A stretch of 64,000 bases of DNA from Octopus sinensis (taxonomy: Eukaryota): contig NC_043013.1 in NCBI RefSeq assembly GCF_006345805.1, positions 41,044,001 to 41,108,000 of the forward strand, in the 5' to 3' direction. Of this stretch, positions 11,690 through 23,347 are shown piece after piece. Made by a program: the position numbers and the translations under genes. The notes beneath the pieces were generated by a model. That model was not told the DNA's origin. It was given only the letters and a program-made list of their open reading frames with translations, and did not search any database. Within the stretch, counting starts at the first letter, position 1. Every line of letters begins with the position of its first letter.

Positions 11690-12230
11690 AACAATGACCC
11701 AGCTTATTCTGTATTTTGTTCAAGTTTTCTACAAATTAAATTCTATGCATCTAGAAATGATATATATTACTTCCGGTTTTCGTAGAAGAAAGACGTGTTT
11801 GCTTTCGCTCTGTAAAAAAAACAAAAAGGTTTGCATAAATCGACGAAATAATCTACTAAAAGTAACAAAATGTAGAACTTGTTAACTCATAAAGTCTACT
11901 AAAATACATTAAAAATATATTAAATAAAAACGTAATATATTTCGCTTGAAGCCAAATATAATACAGTAAAGTTAGTTACGCATGCTAGAATCTTCGCCGA
12001 AAAAGCACGTGGTGGTAAGTCTTTAATTTATCTCCAGCCAAATGTTAGAAGGAAAAAGAATTGTTTTCTTTTCTGTTGTGAAAGAAAACTTCTTCGTACA
12101 AGCACAAAGGTTTGGACTGTACCTTTCAAGATAAGTATCGGTTGCAATTGTTTGTTTATTAATTTTTATTTTCCTTTAATATAAGCTAACATCTCAGTTA
12201 CGATTTACGACACCATCTTTGTTTACATTC
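11690..12230. promoter_or_regulatory. Candidate (possibly bidirectional) promoter region
   Basis: CG dinucleotides rise locally in otherwise CG-poor DNA. ETS-type ACTTCCGG at about 11769, E-box CACGTG at about 12006, and a plus-strand donor-like GTG|GTAAGT at about 12012-12020. Confidence 0.3.
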
Positions 12231-12289
12231 TGAGAACTTTCTTTCAATTTCCGTTTCGCTTTCATATGTTTATTTTCCTGTAATTAGTT

Positions 12290-12900
12290 TAGAATTAAAT
12301 AATTCCTTCATTTCCTCACTTTCTTCTACCTCCTCTCTCCTCCCTTACATATATTCCCCCACTTCCAGCTCCTTTCTCCCTTTATCTCTCTTTACGCTTA
12401 CCCTTTCCCTCTCTCTTACATATCTTACTCTTTTTCTCATCTCCCCTCCTCCCTTTCATATGCCCCTCTTCTCTCATTTCTCTTTCCTTTCCATCTCACA
12501 TCTACCTCTCCTCTCGTCACCTCACCCTCTCTCTCATATACTTTTCATTCGCCCATTCTTCTCACTCCGTCTCTCCCTCACATCCTTCATCCTGTCTCTT
12601 TCACTGTCTCTTGCTATCCTCTCCCTGTTTCTCTTTCCCTCCTCTCCTTCATTCTGCCTATTTCTCTTCCCCTCTTCTCTTTCACTGTCTCTCCTATTTC
12701 CCTCCTCTCCCCCTCCCCTACCCTCCTCTGTCTTAACACACCACGCCCCCTTGCTTTCCTCCTATCACCCTCGTGATTTATTTCATAGCACCTCTCTTTC
12801 CTTCCTATCTCCCTCTCTCTTTCCCTATTTCCCCCCTCTGTGTTTCTTCGTCTACCTCTCTCTATCCATCATTACCTCTCTAGCCTCTACTCCCCCTCTG
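12290..12900. repeat. CT-rich polypyrimidine low-complexity tract (possible LINE 5' region)
   Basis: About 600 bp of almost only C/T on the plus strand. It accounts for the S/L/P/F-rich first 152 aa of ORF 12460-13194. Confidence 0.8.
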
Positions 12901-12915
12901 GACCTCAAAACGAAT

Positions 12916-13830
12916 ATGGCACCAAAGTGGGAAAAGAAAGAGTTAAATCTTCTGCTGAGAGCATGGATGATTGCTAGTGGCAATCCACCGAACAACATCA
13001 TCACGGCTGCACTAAAAAACAATGGATTTCATAGAACCATTGACCAGATAGAGCGGAAGAAAAGTGAGTTTATCCGGTCTTACATGCTTATAAGACCACA
13101 CATCAAAACACTGGATAACATAATTGAAAATTATTGTGGCAAAGCTGATGAGGATGAAGAGGACGAAAAAGAGAAGGAAGCTGGAAGTCTGTGATCCAGG
13201 GGTTCCTCAGGAAAATGGATCACCTACCCCAGTGAACGACCAGGTAGTGAAGGATAGGGGAGCCAAGGAAGCAGAAACCGGAAGACCCCTGTACCAGTGG
13301 TCCTAGGAAGAATTGAAAAATTAGAAAAACAGAAGAAAAAAGGACCGAAAACAAAAATAAGGAGGAAAAAGGCAAAACAACCAAAGCTGAAACCCCAACC
13401 CACCACACAAACAGAGAACCCCATGGAGGATCCAATGCCACCCAGTACACTTCAGGAAAGAAGAAATCTGGAAGGCACCGAAGAACCTGTAAGTTCTACC
13501 TGCAGGGCAAATGTTGGCATGGTGAGGACGGCAAAAACTGCCGGTTCGCCCACCCGACACCCCGCCAGAACTTCAGGGGACTCAAAGAGAAAAACTTTAC
13601 CGAGGGAACACAAGAAATGTCTCCCAGGAAGTGCGCTCCTCAGATGTTCTGCACAACGCAGCAGCTGAGCAAGAGTCTTTTTTATGCATGGCGCAAAGAA
13701 TTGTCCAGCAACTAACCTGGCTACACCAAGCACAGAGAAGGAACCCTGCCCACCACTATGCAAGACCACCACAGTCAACAGACACGGGATGGCCTCCCCT
13801 AACGTCTGCACAGCCGTCACCCCAATACTT
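12916..13830 (+). pseudogene. Disrupted ORF1 region of a CR1/L2-group LINE: Myb/SANT-like N-terminus, acidic/basic linker, CCCH zinc finger
   Basis: ATG 12916 reads MAPKWEKKELNLLLRAW..IITAALKNNGFHRTIDQIERKKSEF..Y. From 13488 another frame reads CKFYLQGKCWHGEDGKNCRFAHP (C-x7-C-x8-C-x3-H). Frameshifts and stops lie between them. Confidence 0.65.
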
Positions 13831-15025
13831 TTACTAAATATTGGGGGCCTGTTGCATCAAAATAGAAACAAAATTTCTTTCCTGAGAGATCTTACTGCAT
13901 GCAATCAAGTCCTATGCATAGCACTTGTGGAAACTCACCTCAACCCTGATATAGAGGACGCAGAAGTACACATATCGAACTATGCCATACTGCAAACAGA
14001 CAGAAGGGAAAGGGGCCATGGTGGAGTTGCTGTATACATCCGAGATGACCTCACACCCCAGGTCTTAATGACATACTCAAATTCGGTATGTGACACTTTA
14101 ATTGTATACATAAGACATAATATAGTCATATGCAATACATATTGCCCACCGGATGCCCCAAATCACATAGGCAATCTTCAAACTTGCCTCACAAGAATTA
14201 AAAATCCTCATGAATCTGGAACACCACGTGACCATATTTCTTATGGGTGATTTCAACTTCCCAACGTCAAATGGCCCGAAGGTCACATACTCTCAGGAAT
14301 GAATCATTGCAAGCAAGAACACGTGGAGTCCCTGCTCAACCTCACCAATGCCTTATTCATGAAGCAAGTTGTACTCAAACCAACTAGGGCGAATAACATT
14401 CTGGATCTCTGCTTCATGAACAATATGGACATCATGATGTGAAAGTGACACCGACATCAGTTTCGGATCATAACATTATAGAGCTGTCTATATTAGGGCC
14501 AAAAGTAACCAGAGACATACAGCCTAAAGGAAGCACCCAAAATCTCTCCAATCTGAACTTCCACAAAGACTGGAAATTGATCCAAAAAGAGATGCTCAGA
14601 GAGGACTGGCCGGAATGTCTCTCCACACCAGACATTGACATGAAACTAGAATGTTTCATGTCTTCTGTGCAAGCCGTATGCCAGAAATATGTTCCAGAGC
14701 ACAAGGCCAAAACAAATAGGAGCAAGATTCCAAGAGACAGGAAGATCTTCATGAGAAAACGGACGAAAGTTGCAAATCGTCTCAACCAACATCCCAAAAG
14801 TAGTGAAACGTCCCGCCTAAAAACAACACTGATGGAGATCGAAAAAAGGCTGCAACAATCCTATGTGAAGGAAAAAGCAGACAAAGAAGCCTGTGTTATA
14901 AAAAACATTAAATCAAACCCAAAGGCATTCTTTCATTATGCGAAAGAAACAGTCTCAGTGCACTACAAGATAGGACTCCTCCTCCAAAAGGATGGCTCCC
15001 TCACAGACAGTCCAACTAAGATCAG
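13820..15025 (+). mobile_element. CR1/L2-group LINE ORF2 5' part (APE endonuclease and linker), truncated before the RT
   Basis: LLNIGGL, IALVETHLNPDIEDAEV, RGHGGVAVYIRDDL, GDFNFP (after a frameshift at about 14247), RANNILDLCF, SVSDHN, IKSNPKAFFHYAK. Homology stops abruptly at about 15025. Confidence 0.92.
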
Positions 15026-16539
15026 ACTCAATATTCTTAATTGTTCAATCAATTACTTACAATCAGTTGCTCCTGTCAACTCAACAGTTCTTTATTTTAT
15101 TGAAATGCTGTCCACTTATCACTTGGGGGTAGTCGGAATCCTTCCACAAGGATAATACAGAAGATATCAAAAAAATATCGCTAAGGCAAGATAGTAAATA
15201 GGAGTTGCTATTTGATATTTCAAAGAATCCAAAATGTACTGGAAATTGACAAACGCAAAACAAAACATGGCATAAAACATCAATCCTTTCACTAGTTTTA
15301 GCCATGACACTTGCAGCACTGCTGGAGCATCTCCAAGTAATTTTTTTTATGGAGATATAGACCCCAGTGCTGTCTGGTACTTATTTCATCATTCTCATAA
15401 GATACGAAATGTAAAGTGGACATTGCCATAAAGAAAATTGAGGTACGAATATCACAGGGAATATCTGTTCAGTTGTAGTCATTCTCTTGATATAAAAATA
15501 CCATATACAGTGAATGATGGATCACTGAAAGGGGAGACTATATGCCCAATCTGAAAAATTTGAAATTAAACCCTTATACTGGATTCCCCCATAACTGAAT
15601 ACCTACAAGGACAGACATACTCCTGGCTAATTCAGAAGCTGAATTACAATAGCCATTTTCCTAATGCTATTCTAATCTTGGCACAAAGCCAGCAGTTTGA
15701 GAGAGCATATTGATAATTCATGTCACCGGTACTTTATGAACCCCAAAGGATGAAGAGTAGAGCTAATCTAAATGGAATTAGAATTCAGTTGACTTTTTCC
15801 CCCCAGCTCTGAATGGTCTAATTATTGTCTGGTACTGTAATGACAGTTTGACACTTTAAATATGAAAGCAAGTTACTTTCTACGTTATCAAATTGAAATT
15901 ACAATGATGAAGATGCATATTAGCCATTGAAAAACAAAATAACTTCTGAAACATTCCTCATTGGTGTCAACATTAATTTAAAAGGGGTGATTTTTAGAAT
16001 ATTCATAGGTTACTCAAACTTCTCCAAAGGTATCTTCAACTTCATCAATTCAATGGATGAAACAAGAGATCGGGTTTCTTTCCAGGTACCCTCGAATCAC
16101 AGGGAATTAATGTCTATTTTAACAAAAATATGTTAAACAGCAAGTCTTCCTTCACTGAGTGAAAATATATCTGCCTATGTTATCAACCAGAAAATACTAT
16201 GTGGAAGATATATATATTAGCCATTCAAAAACACAGATTGTTAGCTACACTTAAACATTTGGTGTTGACATTAATTCCTAAAAGGCGATTTTAGGATATT
16301 CATTTCTTAATCTAAATTTCTCAAAAGCAATCTTCAACTTTATCAGTTTGATGGATCAAACTAGGTCCCTTTACAGGTACCCTTGAAACAGACAGTTGGC
16401 TTAAGACAGGCTTTGCTGGAACCGGTATCAAATATTGATTGCATTACTAATCAATTAGCATATAAATTGAAGGTACCAGTAAACTTAAAAGTTATAAAGC
16501 CAAAAGAAACATTTTGTAATGAAGCTGAAGCACACAAAA

Positions 16540-16880
16540 TGAAACCATTTAGCACAGATTGACCTTGAATTCTGCTGTGCATGCACGCTAAGTTTTAACA
16601 TTCTAGCTCACTTCCACCGTTTACAGCAGTGCTTGGAAGGAAGGTGTGTAGCAAGAGATCATTGTACTAACCATGACAGAGAAAGTTGTCATGGCAATAC
16701 CTGCTCAGGGGTAATCCATGGGTTATCAGAGGATGTGCAGATTAGCTACAGTTCAGTTCATTATCACTGAAGATTTGGGCACAAGACCTGCATCTGCCAA
16801 GTTTGTACCAAAACTTTCAGCTGAACAAGACTCCAGTTTCAGTTGCACAAGATCTTGTGTTGAGATTGATGAAAACTTTG
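16540..16880 (+). mobile_element. Mariner remnant (5' UTR, ATG, internally deleted transposase)
   Basis: accATGacagagaaag at about 16671, then ISYSSVQFIITEDLGTRPASAKFVPKLSAEQ (mariner RRVSAKFVPKLL-type motif). Confidence 0.8.
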
Positions 16881-17130
16881 AAAGCTTTGCGTAGGCTTCT
16901 GAGCAGGTATCACCAAGCTTTTGACAAAATTTGATGCATATTCTCTGCTCAATTTTCTGTCATGGTTAATGCAATGATCATACACTACACACGTTCCTCC
17001 CAAGCACTGCTGTAAATAGAAGTGAGCTAGAACATTAAAGCAGTGCATATGCACAGCAGAGTTCAAGGTTCACTGCATGCTTTAACTTTGTTACTATGGC
17101 AATAGTCTGGATACTTATTGATCAGAACAT
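16870..17130 (-). mobile_element. Mariner 5' end (TIR, 5' UTR, transposase start)
   Basis: Reverse complement has TIR-like gttctgatcaataagtatccagact. ATG at 16963-16961 reads MTE(K)IEQRICIKFCQKLGDTCSEAYAKL with one 1-bp loss. Confidence 0.85.
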
Positions 17131-17359
17131 GTAAAATAAAATTCATTATCTAGATGACTCATTTATGCACAACTAAGGAAACTAAATAAGGGTATATCAG
17201 ATCTACAGAGATATATAACTAATTTAGCGAAAGGACTAATTGAAAGGGCCTTGGTTTATGTATATTCCATTTCAAAAGCAAGAGTTTCTTTGCATGGATG
17301 TCCAATCCAGAAAATATTAGCTTTCTCCAGCCTCTGATAAATTTTGATTTTCTCACAAG

Positions 17360-17585
17360 GCCAGCACTTTTGAGGTATCGCCAAGCTTTTAGCAAAATTT
17401 GATGCATATTCTCTGCTCAATGCAATGATCATACACTACACAAGTTCCTTCCAAGCACTGCTGTAAACAGCAGAAGTGTGCTAGAATGTTAAAACAGTGC
17501 ACATGCATGGCAGAGTTCAAGGTTCACTGCATGCTTTAACTTCATTACTATGGCAATAGTCTGGATATTTATTGATCAGACCATA
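17360..17585 (-). mobile_element. Mariner 5' end, second minus-strand copy
   Basis: Colinear with 16895-17130 (aaaatttgatgcatattctctgctcaat ... ctatggcaatagtctggata.ttattgatcaga). Confidence 0.85.
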
Positions 17586-18749
17586 TAAAATAAAATTCAT
17601 TATCCAGTTCCAGCAAAGCTTGTTTTAAGTCAGCTGTCCGTTTCAAGGGAAACTGTAAAGAGACCTTAGATCTAGTTTGATCCATCAAACTGAAGTTGAA
17701 GGGGAGGGGAAGCTAATTTCATCAACCCTAGTGGTCAACTAGTATTTATTGACCACAAAAGCAAAGTATAGCAAAAATAATTACTTTGTCAGTTCGTAAC
17801 TTAAAAAAAAATGTCAAATGTGCACAACAGACTGATGAGTGGTCCCACACTAATAAATGCATTTACCCCATAATACAATGAAAGTACCACAGTACTTCAC
17901 AAATTTAAGAGTTTCAATCTGCATGTGAATATTCATAGCCAAAGTCACCTTAATTCCAAAAGGTGACTTCTGGCTATTCATTGGTTAATCAAAATTCCTC
18001 AAAAGTAATCTTCGACTTCACCAGTTTGACAGATCAAACAAGAGCTCAGATTTCTTTGTATGCACCCTTGAACCAGACACCCGATTTAATATGCTAGTGG
18101 TGTCAGAACTAGCATATTAATATTGATTACATTGTTAATCAAGTAGTGTCAATTGTTAAAAGGTACCAATAGGCTTAAAAATTATAAAGCAAATATTAAA
18201 GATAAAATAATACAATTTTCATATTTTACATCTCAAACTGCCCATTCCTATTTCCTCCACTCATTTTGAAATTACAAAAATCGAGTAACTGGGATATTAG
18301 ATAATATTCCACCAAGTAGCAAGTGGGCTTCACTTTTTTGTAGAAATATAAAACCAAACCAGATTAGTTCATGCATAACCAACCCCTAATATTGAATTCA
18401 CTTATCACTTGTTAACCAGCATGGAATTTTTCAATTATATTTCAGAGATACATTCGAGTTTAAACTGATGAAGTGAAGCCAGTACCATTAACAAACATTG
18501 GTTTGTTAAAATAGGCCTTAATGTCTTGTGGTACAACAACTGCTGTTTTACAATGTTCAATAAAAAGTAAGCAAGAAGACAGTATATAAAATAAATCCAC
18601 TATCCAGATGACATGTTTGAGCACAACCAAGGAGGAATCAAACTTAAGCAAAGCTATATATGATCAATAGAGATACAGGCATGACTAATTTAGATAAATT
18701 TATTAAACAGTAAGATATTGCTTTACGTATTTATTTTTTTATTTTTAAA

Positions 18750-20352
18750 ATTTTTATCTAGTTTCAGCTCACAAGCTGTGGCCATGCCGGGGCACCGCCA
18801 TTTGGTGTTGCTACATGATTTTACTTCACGAAATGCTTTTTAGCAATTGCCATTTGGTGCATGAGAGAGTTCGATGCAGCTGCCCTCATCTGCACCTCCT
18901 GCCGTGAAGTTGGTTCATCTGGGTCACCTGACAAGAAGAGATCCAGTTTTATTTTAAAGACATCTGCATCCACCCCATGCAGGTCTCTTAGGTTCTTCGG
19001 GAGGATATTGAAGAGCTGTGGGCCTCGGAAGCCCAGGCTATCACAGTATCTCGTCCTACATCTTGATGGCAAATTTGGAGTCCTTGGCACTATGCAGTGG
19101 TGCCCAGTTCTGGCATTTGTGTAACTCTCGATGCCAAAGTTTGGGAGAAGTCCTTCTAGGATCTTCCAGATGTATATTATGGCATATCTTTCTCACTTAC
19201 GCTCTAAGGAATAGAGTCTCAATCTCTTGAGTCTTTCCCAATAGCTTATATGCTGCACAGAGGCTATCTTCTTCGTGTAGCTTCGTTGGATTGCCTCAAG
19301 TTCTGTGATTAACTTGACACTGGATGGTGACCGTAGCTGAGAGCAATAGTCAAAGTGGCTTAGGACAAGTGTCCTCCAGAGGACCATCATGGCTTCCTGG
19401 TCTCTTGTTCTAAAGGTTCTAAGAATCCATCCGGTCAGCCACCTACATTTCATTGCCAATTTAGCAACATGCACATGAAAGGTTGCATCATCACTCATGT
19501 AAATACCCAGGTCTCGCACTGATTGTGCCTCTGGGATTGCAATCCCTCCAAGTCCAGTGTATTTATTGGGTATTGCATTTAGTTTTGCATGCTGATAGCA
19601 TAAAGCTTGAAACTTTTCAGCATTGAACTGCATGCTATTCTTTTCAGCCCACATATATTTTGTCCAGCTCACATTGCAGGTGCTTAGTGTCTTCAGGGTT
19701 CTGTATTGCCTGTGAAACTTTTGCATCATCTGCATAACTTGTGATCGTGGCTGTGTGGCTGAGGGCATGTCTGAGAGGGCCATTATGAACAGTAGTGGTC
19801 CCAAGACAGTGCCTTGTGGAACACCGCTCACTATTTGCATGTTACTGGAAGTGGCCCCATTGGCTACTACCACCTGACTTCTATCCTTCAGAAAGTCATG
19901 AAGCCATTCTCCCAATTTTCTAACTATGCCAAGATCATGCAGTTTGTGACATATCATTCCATGATCGACTTTATCAAAGGCCTTTGCAAAGTCAAGATAT
20001 ATGACTTCCACATTTGAGTGGTTGAGCAGTCGTTTCAGCACCCAGTCAGTGTTGTAGGAGCTGAGTTAAGCAGCTTCTTCCTGGTCGGAAACCATGTTGG
20101 GTGTCAGGCAGTAAGTCATTTTCTTCAAGGAAGGTGATTAGTTTCCTTCTGACTATTCCTTCCATGACCTTGCTGATGTGTGAGGTCAGAGAGATAGGTC
20201 TGTAGTTCTTGGCCTCCGCTCTGCTACCTCCTTTATGAATAGGGCATATTTTACCTTCCTTCAGTTTTCTTGGAAGTTTGCCAGTTGCAAGGAAGCTCTG
20301 AAAGAGGAATTGCAGTGGTCCTGCTAGGACTCTTACATACTTTCAAAAGCAG
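18750..20352 (-). mobile_element. CR1/L2-group LINE ORF2 3' part (RT domain to 3' end)
   Basis: KNYRPISLTSHISKVME, QHGFRPGRSCLTQL, YLDFAKAFDKVDH, SGVPQGTVLGPLLF, RDLGIYMS, SHFDYCSQL, FRGPQLFNILP. 3' tail ggtgccccggcatggccacagc..gctgaaactaga followed by an A-rich run. Confidence 0.95.
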
Positions 20353-21219
20353 ACATTTCTTTAGATCAATGTTCCATTCAAAAAGATTAGGGCTCTTCAG
20401 CCTCTAATAAACGATTCTAAAATAGGCTCAATGCCAGCAATTTAAAAAAAAAAAAAAAAAAAAAGCAGCCTTTGCAAAAACCTTAATCGTTTGAGGCCCT
20501 ACTGAAATATTACTCAGATCAAAGTGAACAAGTAAGATTGAAAAGGTTGGTTGAGCAGGACACCTGGCTAATGCCACAATATGAGGAGTGTTCTCTTAGG
20601 TTTTCCTTTTTCAGAACAGGAATGATTCTGGTCAGCTTGACATCTGATGGAGCTCGACAGATAAGTTACTCGCTGAAACCATCTCAGTAAAGATATCTGA
20701 ATATCAAAGCTATTGACTGTCCACTGGACAGAGAGCAAATGGTATCTGCTCTATCCATGCAAACTGCAAAATTTATTTCTTATGCACCAATGAGGACACC
20801 TAAGCTTCTTTCCTTTCCATTATAGTCACAGACTACGTACTGCAGTATGCTAAGGTATCTGAAGTAGGCATAACTGTCCCCACAAAGTTTCACTAATTTT
20901 GATTTTGCAGGTGGCATCACACTCACAGATGCTCAAATTCCTGACAAACCAGGAGTCACTTCACATTTGTGAAGCATCCAACTTGCTATGAAAAATTTGG
21001 AAAGTATCAAAACTTAATGTAAAACTGTCTGCTTCCTGCTACAGTAGAATCTTTTCTGCTCAACAGTCCTGAATACTGGGCTCTCAGTGGCCCAACAATA
21101 ATTACTAATCAACTGGGCCCCTCTCCCGAAATTTTGAGCCTTGTGCCTAGAGTAGAAAATTACTAGACATCACGTACATTTGACTTCTGCACAAAGCCTT
21201 TACTTTTTATGCTGCCTAC

Positions 21220-21460
21220 ATATCAAGTTACGTGGATCTTGACCACCGGTCAGCCAGATGGCTAAAATTCGCAGGTCACTTTTCGCAAATATCATCCTGT
21301 CATTGTGTACCCAATAGAGACATTTAAGTTGAGTGGTCAGATGCATATCATGTATATCATGTATATCAACTTCTGCAGGACAGGACTGCAGTCTCAGAGT
21401 TGACATGCATAAGGTCATCTTGCAGAGCCTGGAGGGAAATTTGCTCCAGAGTTGAACATC
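21220..21460 (+). mobile_element. Highly decayed RTE-like 3' remnant
   Basis: Fragments WLKFAGH and LLQDR..SEL..WREI resemble the RTE C-terminus. The match is weak. Confidence 0.4.
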
Positions 21461-21959
21461 CACAAGTGATATAGCAAAGACAAATGAAGAAATGGGAAGT
21501 AGATTACATTGATAAAATATGTACCAGTTGTCTACTGGGGTCAATCCCAAAGGGATGAAAGACCTAAGTCAACCTTGGTAACATTTGATGTTAAAACATA
21601 ACCCAAATAAATAGCATTCCTGTATGCTGATTTCACCAATTTTAAATATCAATATGAAGTAGCATTTTACATTTTGATAAGCTTGTAGCCAATAAGGTTT
21701 CATTTTAGGTTCCGTCAGGTCATCTAATAAAGTGGTACGGTGCTATCTTTGGAAAAATTGTCATTCACAAACTTGCTTGATAACAGATCATAGTAAGTCC
21801 TAAAAGGAGAGTGTTCAATAAACTAGAATGGTTAATCAGTGCGACTGATTGACTGAGTCAGCTTTTGCCATCAATTAGTGACAAAATATCAATTTAAAAA
21901 AATGGAGGAAAAAATGAAAGATTTGTATTTCCATTAGGAAACTGCAAAAGCCAACCCAG

Positions 21960-22075
21960 AAGAAGCAGGAAACCACTTTTCCATGCTTGCATGGGTTTGG
22001 ATTTTATTGAGGTAGATTTTCTACAGCCAGGTGCCTTTCCAGTCACCAACCCTCCACTGTGTTTAAATAAAGTCA
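21960..22075 (-). mobile_element. SINE/RTE-type 3' tail fragment
   Basis: ccatgcttgcatgggtttgg..ttttctacagccaggtgcctttccagtcaccaacc is the decayed reverse complement of 52545-52665. Confidence 0.6.
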
Positions 22076-22539
22076 ATATTTCCCCATAACCAGATATTTT
22101 TCCACAGAAGGCTAGAAATGAACATTGACAGTGAGGTTCATTTTTAAGCTTCACATGTCAAGGGTCTACACATACAATGGGCTTCTTTCAGTTTCCATCT
22201 ACCAAATGTACTCAAGACTAGTTGACCTAAGACTATTGTAGAAATCAATTGCCCAAGGTGTCACTACAGAATTTTGTCAATGAACAGGTTGCAGTCTCAA
22301 AGCGCCAAAAATATTGACAAATTAAATTTAAATGTTGAAGTGAATCTAACGGTTTTTGCATGTTTCTTAAATGGCATATAAACACCTTCCATGCTGCAAT
22401 TGTTTTCGTTCCAGCACACGATCACAGATCAGGTCAGGTCACTTGCTATGCAAGTACATTTCCGTAATATATATAATTTTATTTGTTAGGGAATAAAAAT
22501 TCCGGCATAACAGGGGTTCAAATTATTCTCAATGAGGAA

Positions 22540-23347
22540 ATATATATTTTCAGTTAGAGATAGTAGGTCCCTTCATCCCACCATATAAAAGGAATTTTAA
22601 TTTAAATACTACTTTATAACATGGCTACACATGTTTCTTGAGGTATATTTCCCGGTAGTTGAGGTAGTTCGCTGGACCTTGCGATGCCAAGCTGTAATTA
22701 AGACGTAGGAGGACAATGGAGTGAATGGTGATTTGTATATATTCCTTTACGTTACCCTTAAGTTATTTTCACTTTGTAAATTTTTAATTGTTATCATTTG
22801 TGTCATTTGTAAATTTTGCATTTCATCATTCGTACTATGGTTTCTATTTGAAAATATTTGTCATTGCTTCCATTTTTATTTGAATACATTTTTTTTGCCA
22901 TTCCTTTCATTTTATATCATCACAAGTACATTTTTATCCCTATATATTAATTTTATACTTGTAGACATAAGTTATGTAAGAACATAGTTTTTGTAAATTT
23001 TTATTTTCATTTATATTTTTTAATTTTCATCTTTATTTTATAATTTTTTATTTGAATTAAATTATGGCTTGTACAGTAAGGTCCGGCGAGCCTATTTTAC
23101 ACATACTTATTTGTTTAAAAAATTAAAATATAATTCATAGTATCAAACTATGAGAAAGTGATATAGAGGCTTGATGATTGGGGTATATTTTAAGAATGGT
23201 TCCAGTAAAACACAGCGTGGTTAAGGAATCGAGAAATGTGCCTCAAGAAACACGTGTAGCCAAGTTATAAAATAGTAAGTATTTAAACTAAAACTCCTTT
23301 TATATGGTGGGATGAAGGGACCTACTATCTCTAAATGAATATATATC
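22540..23347. mobile_element. Foldback/MITE-like element with long terminal inverted repeats
   Basis: 22540-22641 (ttagagatagtaggtcccttcatcccaccatataaaagga..ggctacacatgtttcttgagg) is the reverse complement of 23240-23347. An inner arm at about 22665-22695 matches 23065-23092. The core is AT-rich and non-coding. Confidence 0.85.

Larger units (their letters stand above)
15915..18190. repeat. Locally dispersed ~200-bp repeat: direct copies at 15915-16130, 16215-16500 and 17930-18190, inverted partial copy at 17630-17700
   Basis: Shared core aaag(g/c/t)aatcttc(a/g)actt..ca(a/g)tt..a(t/c)(g/a)gat(c/g)aaac(a/t)ag..ttt.caggtacc. The segment ctagtttgatccatcaaactg at about 17655 is the reverse complement of the 16345 copy. 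Confidence 0.7.

Noticed and set aside
12460-12915. First 152 aa of the 244-aa ORF as a membrane protein
   Set aside because: It is the translation of a CT-rich low-complexity tract. Only the part from ATG 12916 is protein-like.
18446-18566. Plus-strand exon candidate with good acceptor and GTAAGC donor
   Set aside because: Stop codons occur in all three frames and no linked exons were found.
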